Positions 55,447 through 64,000 of a stretch of DNA of 64,000 bases are shown piece after piece. Both the position numbers and the translations under genes were made by a program. The first letter of the stretch is position 1. Each line of letters opens with the position of its first letter. The stretch comes from a bacterium (GTDB lineage Bacteria > Acidobacteriota > Thermoanaerobaculia > Multivoradales > J023). Location of the stretch: assembly GCA_024226315.1 (NCBI GenBank), contig JAAELT010000305.1, positions 18,304 to 82,303 on the forward strand, in the 5' to 3' direction. The notes under the pieces were generated by a model. That model saw only the letters and a program-made list of their open reading frames with translations. It made no database searches and was not told the DNA's origin.

Positions 55447-56505
55447 CTGGACAAGATCGCCTCAGTGACCCTCAACTGCCGGCTGCCCCGAGAGGTCAAG
55501 CTGGGCGACGAGTTCCCCTGTCAGGAAGGGGACGTGGTGGCGGTGCGGGTGCTGACCCGCAAGTCCACCTACAACCAGCTCGAGCTCACCACTGGCCGCT
55601 TCTCGCTGGTCAAACGCGGCGACGTGATTGCCGGCGCCCTCGGTCACCGGCGGGCGCTCCTGGGCTATGCCGGCCACCTGCCCGAGCAGCTGCGGGTCGG
55701 CGACGTCATCCACCTGCTCAACACCGGCGGCTGCCTGGGCGTGTGCACGTCGTCGAATCCGGACATCGGTCCGCCCTTCGACTGCGAGGTGCTGGGCCAG
55801 ATTCTCCACTTCCCCTACCTCGGCGAACGCATCGGCGTGCCCGCCAACATCGGTCAGGGCGCCGAGCCGATGAGCGACCGGCTCGACGTCGGCGCGGTGC
55901 CGGTGGTGGCGGTGGTCGGCACCTGCATGAGCTCCGGCAAGACCCTGGCCTGCACCAGCCTCATCCAGGAGCTGGTGCGCGAGCGCCTGAAGGTACACGC
56001 GGCCAAGGCGACGGGCGTCAGCCTGCGGCGCGACGTCCACGCCATGGAGGACGCCGGGGCAAAGGAGACCATGATCTTCACCGACCTCGGCGTCGTCACC
56101 ACCCAGCGCGCCAACGCTCCGGCGCTGACGCGCAGCATGCTGTCGGCCCTGGCGGCCTCGGATCCGGACGTCATCGTGCTGGAGCTCGGCGACGGCCTGA
56201 TGGGGGACTACGGCGTCGACGCCATCTTGGAGGCCGCAGACATCCGCGAGGCGTTTTCCGCCGTGGTGCTGGCGGCCAACGACCCGGTGGGCGCCTGGGG
56301 CGGCCACCGTCAGCTCGCCGAGCGCTTCGAGATCGACACCACGGTGGTCACCGGCCCGGCGACCGACAACGTCGCCGGCACCGACCTGATCGCCGGCCGC
56401 ATGGGCGTGCCCGCCTTCAACGCCCGCACCCGGCCCTCCGAGCTCGCGAGGCACATACTGAAGCACATCCGTCAGGAAGAAGTCGCCGATGCCGTCACCA
56501 GCTGA
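55432..56505 (+). CDS. DUF1611-like P-loop protein in the arginine cluster
   Basis: VVGTCMSSGKT, AAKATG, VLELGDG; stop overlaps the argC start. Confidence 0.7.
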   Translation: MKSAVLDKIASVTLNCRLPREVKLGDEFPCQEGDVVAVRVLTRKSTYNQLELTTGRFSLVKRGDVIAGALGHRRALLGYAGHLPEQLRVGDVIHLLNTGGCLGVCTSSNPDIGPPFDCEVLGQILHFPYLGERIGVPANIGQGAEPMSDRLDVGAVPVVAVVGTCMSSGKTLACTSLIQELVRERLKVHAAKATGVSLRRDVHAMEDAGAKETMIFTDLGVVTTQRANAPALTRSMLSALAASDPDVIVLELGDGLMGDYGVDAILEAADIREAFSAVVLAANDPVGAWGGHRQLAERFEIDTTVVTGPATDNVAGTDLIAGRMGVPAFNARTRPSELARHILKHIRQEEVADAVTS

Positions 56506-57571
56506 GATCCCCGCCCCGGCGCTCAAGGTCGCCGTGCTCGGAGCCTCCGGCTACGTGGCCGGCGAGCTGATGCGCCTGCTGGCGTTTCATCCGCGGCTCG
56601 AGCTGACGGCGGCGATCTCGCGCTCGCAGGCCGGCCGGCGGGTGACCCAGGTCTTTCCCCATCTCCGGGGCGTCTGGGACGGCCTCGCCTTCGGCAGTGA
56701 CGAAGACCTGAACGCTCTGCTCGAGGCTCCCCGCCTCGCCGTCTTTTCCTGCTTGCCCCACGGCCAGACCGCCGCCCGGCTCGACGCCCTGCTGGCGAAA
56801 GCCGAGGAGTGTGGCACCGACCTGCACCTGGTCGACCTGTCGGCGGATTTCCGTCTGCCCTCGCCCCGTGACTACGAGGAGGTCTACGGCGAAGGGCACG
56901 GCGCGCCCGGGCGCTACGGCACCTTCACCTGCGCCCTGCCCGAGCTCCTCCCCGGCACCCCGAAGGGCGCCGTGGCCCACCCCGGCTGCTTCACCACCGC
57001 CGTGACGCTCGCCTGCGCCCCCGCCCAGGCCCGCGGCCTCGCCCGGCCGCCACACTTCCGGGTTTCGGCCGTCACCGGCTCGACCGGAAGTGGCCGCAAG
57101 CCGTCGCCCACCACCCATCATCCCGAACGCCAAGGCAACCTCAGGGCCTACCTGCCCCTCGCCCACCGGCACGCGCCGGAGATGGAGATGCTGCTCGGCC
57201 GGCTGGGCGGCGAGTGCCCTGAGGTCAGCTTTGTTCCCCACTCCGGCCCCTTCAGCCGCGGCATCCACGCCACCGTCCACTTCGATCTGGCGCAGCCGAT
57301 GACCAGCGACGAGCTCGCCAAGCACTACGCCGCCTTCTACGCCATGGCGCCCTTCGTCTCCGTGGCCTCCGAACCGCCCAACCTCAAAGAAGTCGTCGCC
57401 ACCAACCGCTGCCGCCTCGGCGTCGCCGCCCGCGGCACCCGCGCCGTCGTCCTCTCGGTGATCGACAACCTCACCAAGGGCGCGGCGGGAGGCGCGGTGC
57501 AGTGGATGAACCGCCTGTGCGGTTTCGAGGAGACGGCGGGGCTGGAGCTGCCGGGAGTCGGGTGGGCTTGA
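56489..57571 (+). CDS. argC: N-acetyl-gamma-glutamyl-phosphate reductase
   Basis: GASGY, CLPHG, DLSADFRL, HPGCFTT, IDNLTKGAAGGAVQ. Confidence 0.95.
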   Translation: MPSPAEIPAPALKVAVLGASGYVAGELMRLLAFHPRLELTAAISRSQAGRRVTQVFPHLRGVWDGLAFGSDEDLNALLEAPRLAVFSCLPHGQTAARLDALLAKAEECGTDLHLVDLSADFRLPSPRDYEEVYGEGHGAPGRYGTFTCALPELLPGTPKGAVAHPGCFTTAVTLACAPAQARGLARPPHFRVSAVTGSTGSGRKPSPTTHHPERQGNLRAYLPLAHRHAPEMEMLLGRLGGECPEVSFVPHSGPFSRGIHATVHFDLAQPMTSDELAKHYAAFYAMAPFVSVASEPPNLKEVVATNRCRLGVAARGTRAVVLSVIDNLTKGAAGGAVQWMNRLCGFEETAGLELPGVGWA

Positions 57572-57625
57572 AGCTCGCCTCTCTTAGAACGAGTTCCCCG
57601 ACGAAGGAACCGTGTCCTCGCGCGG

Positions 57626-57740
57626 GAAGCGAGGGTTCCCCGGCGATCGAACTGCCTCTTCGCCAGCGAAGCGAGGGTTCCCCGGCGATCGAACTGCCTC
57701 TTTACCAGCGAAGCGAGGGTTCCCCGGCGATCGAACTGTG
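57626..57740. repeat. 42-bp tandem repeat x3 (GAAGCGAGGGTTCCCCGGCGATCGAACTG...)
   Basis: Starts at 57626, 57668, 57710. Confidence 0.9.
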
Positions 57741-57872
57741 TCTTCACGGAGCCGTTCTTCGCGCTCGTCGGGTTCTGGCAGGAGCCGGCGTCAGGGGTCG
57801 AGGCTTTCCGCGGTGCCGAAAACGCTCCCATCCCAGAGCTTCTGCGCGCCTGGAGAAGAATCTCCAGTCGGC

Positions 57873-57977
57873 CCTGATGATGCTGACGCACTTCCCTTTA
57901 CGCGCATTTTTGGTCGAGAGGCGACGGCGGGCGGCGAGTGAAATGCGCGTAGGGGAAAAGGCGTCAGCATCATCAGG
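57873..57977. repeat. Long inverted repeat, MITE/REP-like
   Basis: CCTGATGATGCTGACGC (57873-89) / GCGTCAGCATCATCAGG (57961-77); inner TACGCGCATTT / AAATGCGCGTA. Confidence 0.8.
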
Positions 57978-58064
57978 ATGTATTTGGATCTCTCGATAAT
58001 TCATGTGGCCGAGGATGCGGGTGGATCGTCAGTAGCGGAAGCCGGGCCCTTCCGCCCCGGGCTC

Positions 58065-58235
58065 TCACGCGTCTCCGAGCACAGCCAGAAGCTCCTCGGG
58101 CGTCAGAGCGGATATCGGGGAGCCGGCGAAGTCGGCAACGTTCCGGCTCACGATCTGAGTACAGCCAGCTGCCTCGGCCGCACTGGCCAACGCGGCGTCT
58201 TCGAAGTCGGTGAACGAGAGACTCCTCGCCCGGAC
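58065..58235 (-). pseudogene. C-terminal fragment of a PIN-domain toxin
   Basis: FTDFEDAA...A....IVSRNVADF....I.ALTPEELL; the N-terminal D-T-N motif is missing. Confidence 0.7.
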
Positions 58236-58247
58236 GAAGGTACCGAG

Positions 58248-58691
58248 CGTCTGGAGCAGTTGCAGCTGGCGCTCGATCACCTCGATCGGTTCGACGAGCT
58301 CACCGAATAGATGAAGGAGGTCGTCCGGGCGCGGCAGGACCTTCCATACCGCGGCAGCCTTCCGGCCCTCGAGGAAGGAATCCGCGCTCTGGAACAGCCG
58401 CCGCCATATCTCGACCGCTACCTCGCCCGCATCTATCGTGATCCGGCCGCCGCCCACTAGGCGCTCGACCAGTACGTTATCGACCACGGCAGCGCGGAAG
58501 CCTACCGCCGGCTTCTGGAAGCTCCCGATGCCTTCGGGCGCCTCCGAGGCCAAAAGATTCTCGGCCAGCCGACCGCCAGCCGATCCGAGTCTCTCTCCGC
58601 CGCTAGTCGCACCGCCGCGATCGGCCTCGACCGCCATTCACAACTCGAGGTCCGCGAGCAGGAAGCGCCGCGGCCGAGGTTGCGACTGTGA
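58248..58691 (+). pseudogene. Degraded fragment resembling the BID-like C-terminal region of a conjugative relaxase
   Basis: One frame reads ...YLARIYRDPAAAH*ALDQYVIDHGSAEAYRRLLEAPDAFGRLRGQKILG..., with in-frame TAG at 58308-10 and 58458-60. Confidence 0.45.
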
Positions 58692-58795
58692 GGAGTCCGC
58701 GAAACCGTGGATGCTATGATTCGCGATGGTCGCGGCGCACGGCTGACGTACAGATGGCGGTCCGCAGCCGCACCAGCAACTGCAGGGAGACGACA

Positions 58796-59137
58796 ATGGC
58801 GGGAGCATCCCACCCTGAGACCGTGGCAAGGAGGCCGGTGGAGGCACGTGATCTGGTGCAGGCCAAGTTGTACGGAACCGAAGAGGAGGTTATCCGCGAC
58901 GCTCTACGCCATCTCCTGCGGGCACGCCCTGACGCGAGGCTCCGGCTGGCGATACATCGCTACGAGAACGAAGAGATCTCGTTAGCTCGAGCGGCTGAAA
59001 TGGCGGGCGTGAGCTGGGCTCAGATGCGGGAGATTCTGCTCGAGAGCGGAGCTCGGCCCCGGCTGGGTCCGGAGACTGTCGCAGAGGCCGAGGACGAGAT
59101 CCAGGCTCTCCGCGACTTCTTCGCCGACCGCCAATGA
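58796..59137 (+). CDS. UPF0175 family antitoxin-like protein
   Basis: EEVIRDALR...AIHRYENEEISLARAAEMAGVS. Confidence 0.85.
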   Translation: MAGASHPETVARRPVEARDLVQAKLYGTEEEVIRDALRHLLRARPDARLRLAIHRYENEEISLARAAEMAGVSWAQMREILLESGARPRLGPETVAEAEDEIQALRDFFADRQ

Positions 59138-59664
59138 GCGTCATTTCCAATACCACTGTCCTCTCCAACTTCGCAGGTATAGGCGCCCTCGATCTGCTCC
59201 GAAAGCTCTACGGCGAGATCTACCTGTCAACGGACGTCTACCAGGAGATTCAGCGAGGACTCGAGGAAGGTTATTCCTTCTACGCCGGTATCGATGCAAT
59301 AACCCATCCGAGGGCGGAGGACGGCTGGCTGCGCCTGACGACTCTCACCGGCCAAACGGAGGTTGAGCTGTTCTCGGCTCTGCCTTCTCAGTTGCACGCG
59401 GGAGAGGCTTCGAGCCTGGCGATCGCTCAGAATCGACGTTGGCTCTTTCTGACCGACGACAATGCAGCACGGAAGCTCGCACTGCGACGAGAGGTGGCAC
59501 TCTCTGGCACGCTGGGATGTCTCGCGATCGGAGTCGAGCGGAAGCTGTGGGCGCTGGAAGAGGCGAACCGATGGCTGAGAGGGATCATCGACTCCGGTTT
59601 CCACTCACCCGTTGCGGATCTTGCGGAGCTGCTGAAAGTACCCGGGCCGGATCAGCAGTCATGA
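59134..59664 (+). CDS. DUF3368 PIN-like toxin
   Basis: VISNTTVLSNF, LHAGEASSL, LTDD..AR, GTLG; ATGA overlap. Confidence 0.88.
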   Translation: MSVISNTTVLSNFAGIGALDLLRKLYGEIYLSTDVYQEIQRGLEEGYSFYAGIDAITHPRAEDGWLRLTTLTGQTEVELFSALPSQLHAGEASSLAIAQNRRWLFLTDDNAARKLALRREVALSGTLGCLAIGVERKLWALEEANRWLRGIIDSGFHSPVADLAELLKVPGPDQQS

Positions 59665-60058
59665 CGACCGTGTGCGTTCTCGTCCATGTGGAACGTCGTG
59701 CTCACCACCGATGCTTCAAGGCGGCAAGGCGCTGCGTCAGAGGCGAGGAGGCGCTTTCGCGCCGAGAGTCGTCGGCCAGTCGGCACCGGCTCTCAGTATC
59801 CTCATCGAGCTCGCTCACATGGTCCCAGTGGTAGGCAAGCGCTTTCGACCAACTCCTCGCAAGGCTCGAGGTGGTGTCGAAGCGACGCATCGCTGATGGT
59901 CGGTCTTTCTCTACTGGACGGTGAGAACTCGCGACGTCCCACCTCAGAGGTGTATGAAAGTGCACCATGAGTGCACCATTTGGGCCGTGAGAGCCGCAGG
60001 AGACAATCGGCGCTGCTGAAGGGGCACCTCCTAAGATATTGCAACTAATAGATTTACG

Positions 60059-60146
60059 TGGCGGAGGGAGTGGGATTCGAACCCACGGATGGTTGCCCAT
60101 CAACGGTTTTCAAGACCGCCGCTTTCGACCACTCAGCCATCCCTCC
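60059..60146 (-). tRNA. tRNA-Ser(UGA)
   Basis: Reverse complement GGAGGGATGGCTGAGTGGTCGAAAGCGGCGGTCTTGAAAACCG...GGTTCGAATCCCACTCCCTCCGCCA; long variable arm, encoded CCA. Confidence 0.97.
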
Positions 60147-60207
60147 GGCGATGGACCTCGCTCGGGAGCTTACCCCGAAGCAGCGGCGAACGGCTAGCTG
60201 CCAGGCG

Positions 60208-62397
60208 TCAGCGAAGAGTCTCCGTCAAGAGCACCTCAGGTGAGCTGGCCTGCCGCTCGATCACGTAGGCCGCCCACTCATGTGACCCGGGCGAGAACAC
60301 GGACTCCGGGACGAGCATCGAGTAGCAAACGTGCTTTCCGCGCCGGTAGGTGCGAGCCGTGGACCGGATCACGCCATCGATGGCGAGGACGAGATCCACC
60401 GGAGGCTTCGTGCCGGGCGGCAGCTCGACGGCGCCCATGAGATAGGCGGGCACGTATCCCGAGGCTGGATCGACGGCAGTGAGGGCCTCGCTCTGGTCGA
60501 GACGAGCTTTGACGCTGTTGCCATGGGTCGCGAGGGCGACCCCGGAGCCTTCACTCAGCGCGTCGATCCGTAGGCCGAGGAGCTCGGGTGCCGGTCCGGC
60601 GGCGTAGACCTCGTCCCACTCCCCCGCGCCGACACGGACGATCTTGAGCCGTAGATCCTCTTCCAAGAGGGGGCTCGGCCAGTCACCGCGCGGCAGTTGG
60701 TCGGCGTCGGCTCCGGACGGATCGCGAGCTCTCAGCTGCTCGAGTCGATCGGGATCAAGGAGCCCTCTGCCCTCGACTTTCCAGGGAATCTCGAATCCCA
60801 GGACGCCGGCGATCGTCGGTAGCAGGTCGCGGAGGTCGACTGACCGGTCGTCGATCGCGCCACGGCGGGTGTGGGGAGCCTTGACGAAGAAGGGCACGTG
60901 AACCGTGCCGCCATCGCCCATCTCGCGAAAGAAGCCGCCCGGCCGATAGCTCTGGCCGTGGTCGGCGGTAACGACCACCAGGGCCTCGTCGTAGATCCCG
61001 AGCTCTTCGAGGTGATCGAGGATCCGCCCCAGCAAGCGGTCCGTGTAGCCGATCTGGAGGACCAGGCGGCGATACGCGAAGTCGACAAGGGATTCGTCAT
61101 CCTGCCAGCGCGGGTGCCCCTTCTCGCGGGCTCGCCCCTGGAGCATCTCCAGGTTCAGGCGCCGGGCACTCCCGGGGTCGACGTAGCGCCGGCCTGAGGG
61201 CAGGTAGTGGTACGGACCGTGAGGCAGTTTGAGGTGGAGGTAGGAGAGGCTGGGGCCGGAGCCTCTCGGCAACCCATCGAGGAATCGCTGGAGCTTCGCC
61301 TCGAGATCTTCCCGGGCGATCTTCTTCCGCCGTTCGCGGATGATCTGCAGGCGTTGCTCGCGCTGGTCCTCCCCGCGCGTCGGGCCGGCGAAAGATCTCG
61401 GTGTCTCCGCGTTCGCGAAATCGCCCCACTGCTGGTCGACGGCCGGCAGGCGTCCGGCCAGCTCGACGGGCGTGAGGATGTGGAGATAGACGATGGCCGA
61501 GTCTCTCAAGAGCCCCGCGAGGCGCGGGGGGGCCACCTGCTCCTCGGCCTGGCCGCAAAGCGATTCGGGACACAGCCAGGTCATCGATTCGAAGATCCAG
61601 GCGGGGGTCCGGGGCCCCACCAGGGTGAACAGGGACTGCGGGTACTCCGCGACGATCGGCAGGGTGCCCAGGACGGTGGAGCGGCCGGCCAGGAGGGCGG
61701 GCACGGCGGCAGAGGTCTCCGGGGCCACGGTCCGGGCCTGGCGAAACCAGACCGCGTCGGTCGCGAGGCGGGCGAAGGCCGGAAAGCGGACCGCGTCGAC
61801 CTCCCCCGCCTCGTCCATCAGGGCGGTGACGGGCAGGGCATCGAAGACAACGATCACGACCGGCGTCCGGCGCCACTCCACCCAGGGCCCGCCGGCTTCC
61901 CGCTGGGGAAAGATCATCGAGACGACCGGGGTGAGGAAGAGGAACACGACCGGAAAGATCAGAACCGCGGGCGACAGCACGGTCAGGAAACCCCGGATCA
62001 CGGCCTGACGGTGGTAGAGGACGGCTGAGATCGCGCCGATCACGAGGGCGCAGGCGATCGCCGCCGGGGCCGGAAAGCCGAAGCGCTTGCAGACGGGGAG
62101 GGCGATCATCGCTGCCAGCGCACCTACCAGGAACCACGTGGCGAGGGAAGCCGCGCGGCGACTGGCGAGCCGAAGGCCCGCCAGGCTGGCGGCGAGGAGG
62201 GCGGGCAGAGCCAGGCTCAGCAGCAGGACCAGCAGCCAGATCTGGAACGGCGGGGTGCGCCGGGCGACGAAGAGCTCGGCGTAGCGGCCGAAGACGTCGT
62301 AGATCGGCTGGGCGACGGCGAGGCTCCAGAGGAGAACGACGTGCAGGGCGGTGGTCCGCATGGGGGGCGGACCGGTTGGCGGAGTCGATGAGCTCAC
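60208..62397 (-). CDS. Membrane-anchored sulfatase-like hydrolase/transferase
   Basis: Five N-terminal TM helices; VVFDALP, PHGPY, VVTADHG, HVPFFVK; GTG overlapping the serS stop. Confidence 0.85.
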   Translation of the reverse strand: MSSSTPPTGPPPMRTTALHVVLLWSLAVAQPIYDVFGRYAELFVARRTPPFQIWLLVLLLSLALPALLAASLAGLRLASRRAASLATWFLVGALAAMIALPVCKRFGFPAPAAIACALVIGAISAVLYHRQAVIRGFLTVLSPAVLIFPVVFLFLTPVVSMIFPQREAGGPWVEWRRTPVVIVVFDALPVTALMDEAGEVDAVRFPAFARLATDAVWFRQARTVAPETSAAVPALLAGRSTVLGTLPIVAEYPQSLFTLVGPRTPAWIFESMTWLCPESLCGQAEEQVAPPRLAGLLRDSAIVYLHILTPVELAGRLPAVDQQWGDFANAETPRSFAGPTRGEDQREQRLQIIRERRKKIAREDLEAKLQRFLDGLPRGSGPSLSYLHLKLPHGPYHYLPSGRRYVDPGSARRLNLEMLQGRAREKGHPRWQDDESLVDFAYRRLVLQIGYTDRLLGRILDHLEELGIYDEALVVVTADHGQSYRPGGFFREMGDGGTVHVPFFVKAPHTRRGAIDDRSVDLRDLLPTIAGVLGFEIPWKVEGRGLLDPDRLEQLRARDPSGADADQLPRGDWPSPLLEEDLRLKIVRVGAGEWDEVYAAGPAPELLGLRIDALSEGSGVALATHGNSVKARLDQSEALTAVDPASGYVPAYLMGAVELPPGTKPPVDLVLAIDGVIRSTARTYRRGKHVCYSMLVPESVFSPGSHEWAAYVIERQASSPEVLLTETLR

Positions 62398-63695
62398 CCC
62401 GCGGCCACGATCCGCTCCAATCCCCCGGCGTAGGGACGCAGCGCCTCGGGGACGATCACCGAGCCGTCGGCCTGCTGGTAGTTCTCGAGGATGGCGATCA
62501 GGGTGCGGCCGACAGCGAGGCCGGAGCCGTTGAGGCTGTGGGCGAGGCGAGCCTTGCCGCCGCCCTCGGGGCGGTAGCGGAGGCTGGCGCGGCGAGCCTG
62601 GAAGTCGGTGCAGTTGCTGCACGAGGAGATCTCGCGGTAACGCTGCTGGCCGGGGAGCCAGACCTCGAGGTCGTAGGTCTTGGCGGCGGAGAAGCCGATG
62701 TCGCCGGTGGACAGGGTGACGACCTGGTAGGGCAGCTCGAGCAGCTGCAGGACGCGCTCGGCGTGGCCGGTGAGCTCCTCCAGGGCGTCGTAGCTGGTCT
62801 CGGGGGTGGTGAGCTGCACGAGCTCGACCTTGTTGAACTGGTGCTGGCGGATCAGACCGCGAACGTCCTTGCCATAGGAGCCGGCCTCGGCGCGGAAGCA
62901 GGGGGTGTAGGCGACGTAGCGCACCGGCAGGTCGGCCTCGGCCAGGATCTCCTCGCGGTGCAGGTTGGTGACCGGCACCTCGGCGGTGGGGATCAGGTAG
63001 AGGGCGCGCTCGTCTTCCGGGTCCGCGACGTAGAGCTTGAACAGGTCGTCTTCGAACTTCGGCAGGTTGCCGGTGCCGACCAGGATTTCGCGCTTGACCA
63101 GGAACGGCGTCAGGACTTCCTGGTAGCCATGCTCGCCAGTGTGGAGGTCGATCATGAAGCTGATCAACGCCCGCTCGAGCCGCGCGCCGGCGCCGAAGTA
63201 GACGGTGAAGCGCGCCCCGGCGAGCTTGGCGCCGCGCTCGAAGTCGAGGATGCCGAGCTCGGGACCGAGGTCCCAGTGGGCCTTCGGCTCGAAGTCGAAG
63301 CTCCGCGGCTCGCCGATGACGCGCTCGACGCGGTTGGCCGCCTCGTCGGCGCCCTCGGGCACACTCTCGTGTGGCAGGTTGGGGAAGCCCATGTGAGCCT
63401 CGCCCAGCTCCTCTTCGAGGCCAGACAGCCGGCCCTGGATCTCCTCCACCCGGACCTTGAGCTCGGAAACGGCGGCGATCTGGGCGTCGGCGTCACCACC
63501 CTCGCGCTTGATGCGGCCGATCTCCCGGCTCGCCTCGTTGCGCTGGCGCTTCAGGTCTTCGATCTCGACCAGGGACGCGCGGCGCTCGGCGTCGCTCAGG
63601 CGCCAGCGTTCAACCTGATCGGGGTCGACGCCGCGGGTGGCCAGGAGCCGCGCGGTGCGGCCGGTCTCGTCGCGCAGAAGGTCTCTTGCCAACAT
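62394..63695 (-). CDS. serS: Seryl-tRNA synthetase
   Basis: [47 protein letters not shown]. Confidence 0.98.
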   Translation of the reverse strand: MLARDLLRDETGRTARLLATRGVDPDQVERWRLSDAERRASLVEIEDLKRQRNEASREIGRIKREGGDADAQIAAVSELKVRVEEIQGRLSGLEEELGEAHMGFPNLPHESVPEGADEAANRVERVIGEPRSFDFEPKAHWDLGPELGILDFERGAKLAGARFTVYFGAGARLERALISFMIDLHTGEHGYQEVLTPFLVKREILVGTGNLPKFEDDLFKLYVADPEDERALYLIPTAEVPVTNLHREEILAEADLPVRYVAYTPCFRAEAGSYGKDVRGLIRQHQFNKVELVQLTTPETSYDALEELTGHAERVLQLLELPYQVVTLSTGDIGFSAAKTYDLEVWLPGQQRYREISSCSNCTDFQARRASLRYRPEGGGKARLAHSLNGSGLAVGRTLIAILENYQQADGSVIVPEALRPYAGGLERIVAAG

Positions 63696-63784
63696 GGGAG
63701 GCAGTGTATCCAGGCACCGCGGAGAGCGTCAACGGCGGCGGCTCACCGACCGAGGGTATACTGGGAAGAGAAGTCACAAGGTGA

Positions 63785-63820
63785 ACGGTCTTAGCGAGGA
63801 ACACGGTCTTAGAGAGGAAC
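63785..63820. repeat. 18-bp tandem duplication containing the RBS
   Basis: ACGGTCTTAGCGAGGAAC ACGGTCTTAGAGAGGAAC. Confidence 0.8.
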
Positions 63821-63826
63821 ACTGCC

Positions 63827-64000
63827 ATGGCTCGAGAAAAGAGCATCCTGTCCTGGTACCGGGCGTCGACCGAGACCGCCAAGGGGTTCATCTCGGGCAG
63901 CACGTTCGATCGCAAAGAGGTCGAGTACTCGATCATCGACGGCGAAGCCGTCTTCGAGGGCGACATCATCCTCGGCACCGAGGACGAAATGGCAGCGACC
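63827..64000 (+). CDS. 5' part of a probable astacin/M12A-type metallopeptidase (runs off the window)
   Basis: MAREKSIL...VEYSIIDGEAVFEGDIILG; the EGDI propeptide motif is typical of astacin-like proteases; RBS GAGGA. Confidence 0.55.
   Translation, partial: MAREKSILSWYRASTETAKGFISGSTFDRKEVEYSIIDGEAVFEGDIILGTEDEMAAT

Noticed and set aside
57990..58030. attL copy of the tRNA-Ser 3' end (GTGGCCGAGG)
   Set aside because: The match to GTGGCGGAGG is too short and imperfect to support.
58065..58637. Intact 190-aa PIN protein
   Set aside because: Only the last ~55 aa are PIN-like; the rest is antisense to a plus-strand pseudogene.

Overview
A GC-rich bacterial chromosomal window. The lineage is probably Acidobacteriota (Thermoanaerobaculia-like); this is inferred from protein families and not proven. 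The housekeeping backbone comprises yaaA, a BCCT transporter, sucA, an Fpg/Nei glycosylase, argH, argC, tRNA-Ser(UGA) and serS. A large surface-polysaccharide region (about 17.3-44.5 kb) holds a GT-C protein, nucleotidyltransferases, rfbF, rfbG, GT2, GT4, a flippase, a TylF-type methyltransferase, an acetyltransferase, DUF4910, an epimerase, an SGNH hydrolase and a carbamoyltransferase/SxtJ/DUF5989 triad. That region is interrupted at about 22.0-32.8 kb by an accessory block. The block contains a 9-copy palindromic 42-bp array, two paralogous TPR-like genes (one frameshifted), toxin-antitoxin pairs, a Y1-transposase remnant, and a 35-bp direct-repeat-bounded segment in which a densely structured ~370-nt non-coding region with a terminator precedes a C-terminally extended ECF sigma factor. 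Other highlights: a 2-oxoglutarate dehydrogenase E1 with an inserted cyclic-nucleotide-binding domain; a coupled SIR2-like + STAND NTPase-TM-WD40 pair; a DUF1611/DgcN-like gene coupled to argC; three hipBA operators at exact 49-bp spacing; a decayed tRNA-Ser island; and many gene stubs, chimeras and short stutter duplications. All calls come from reading motifs by eye; no database searches were run.
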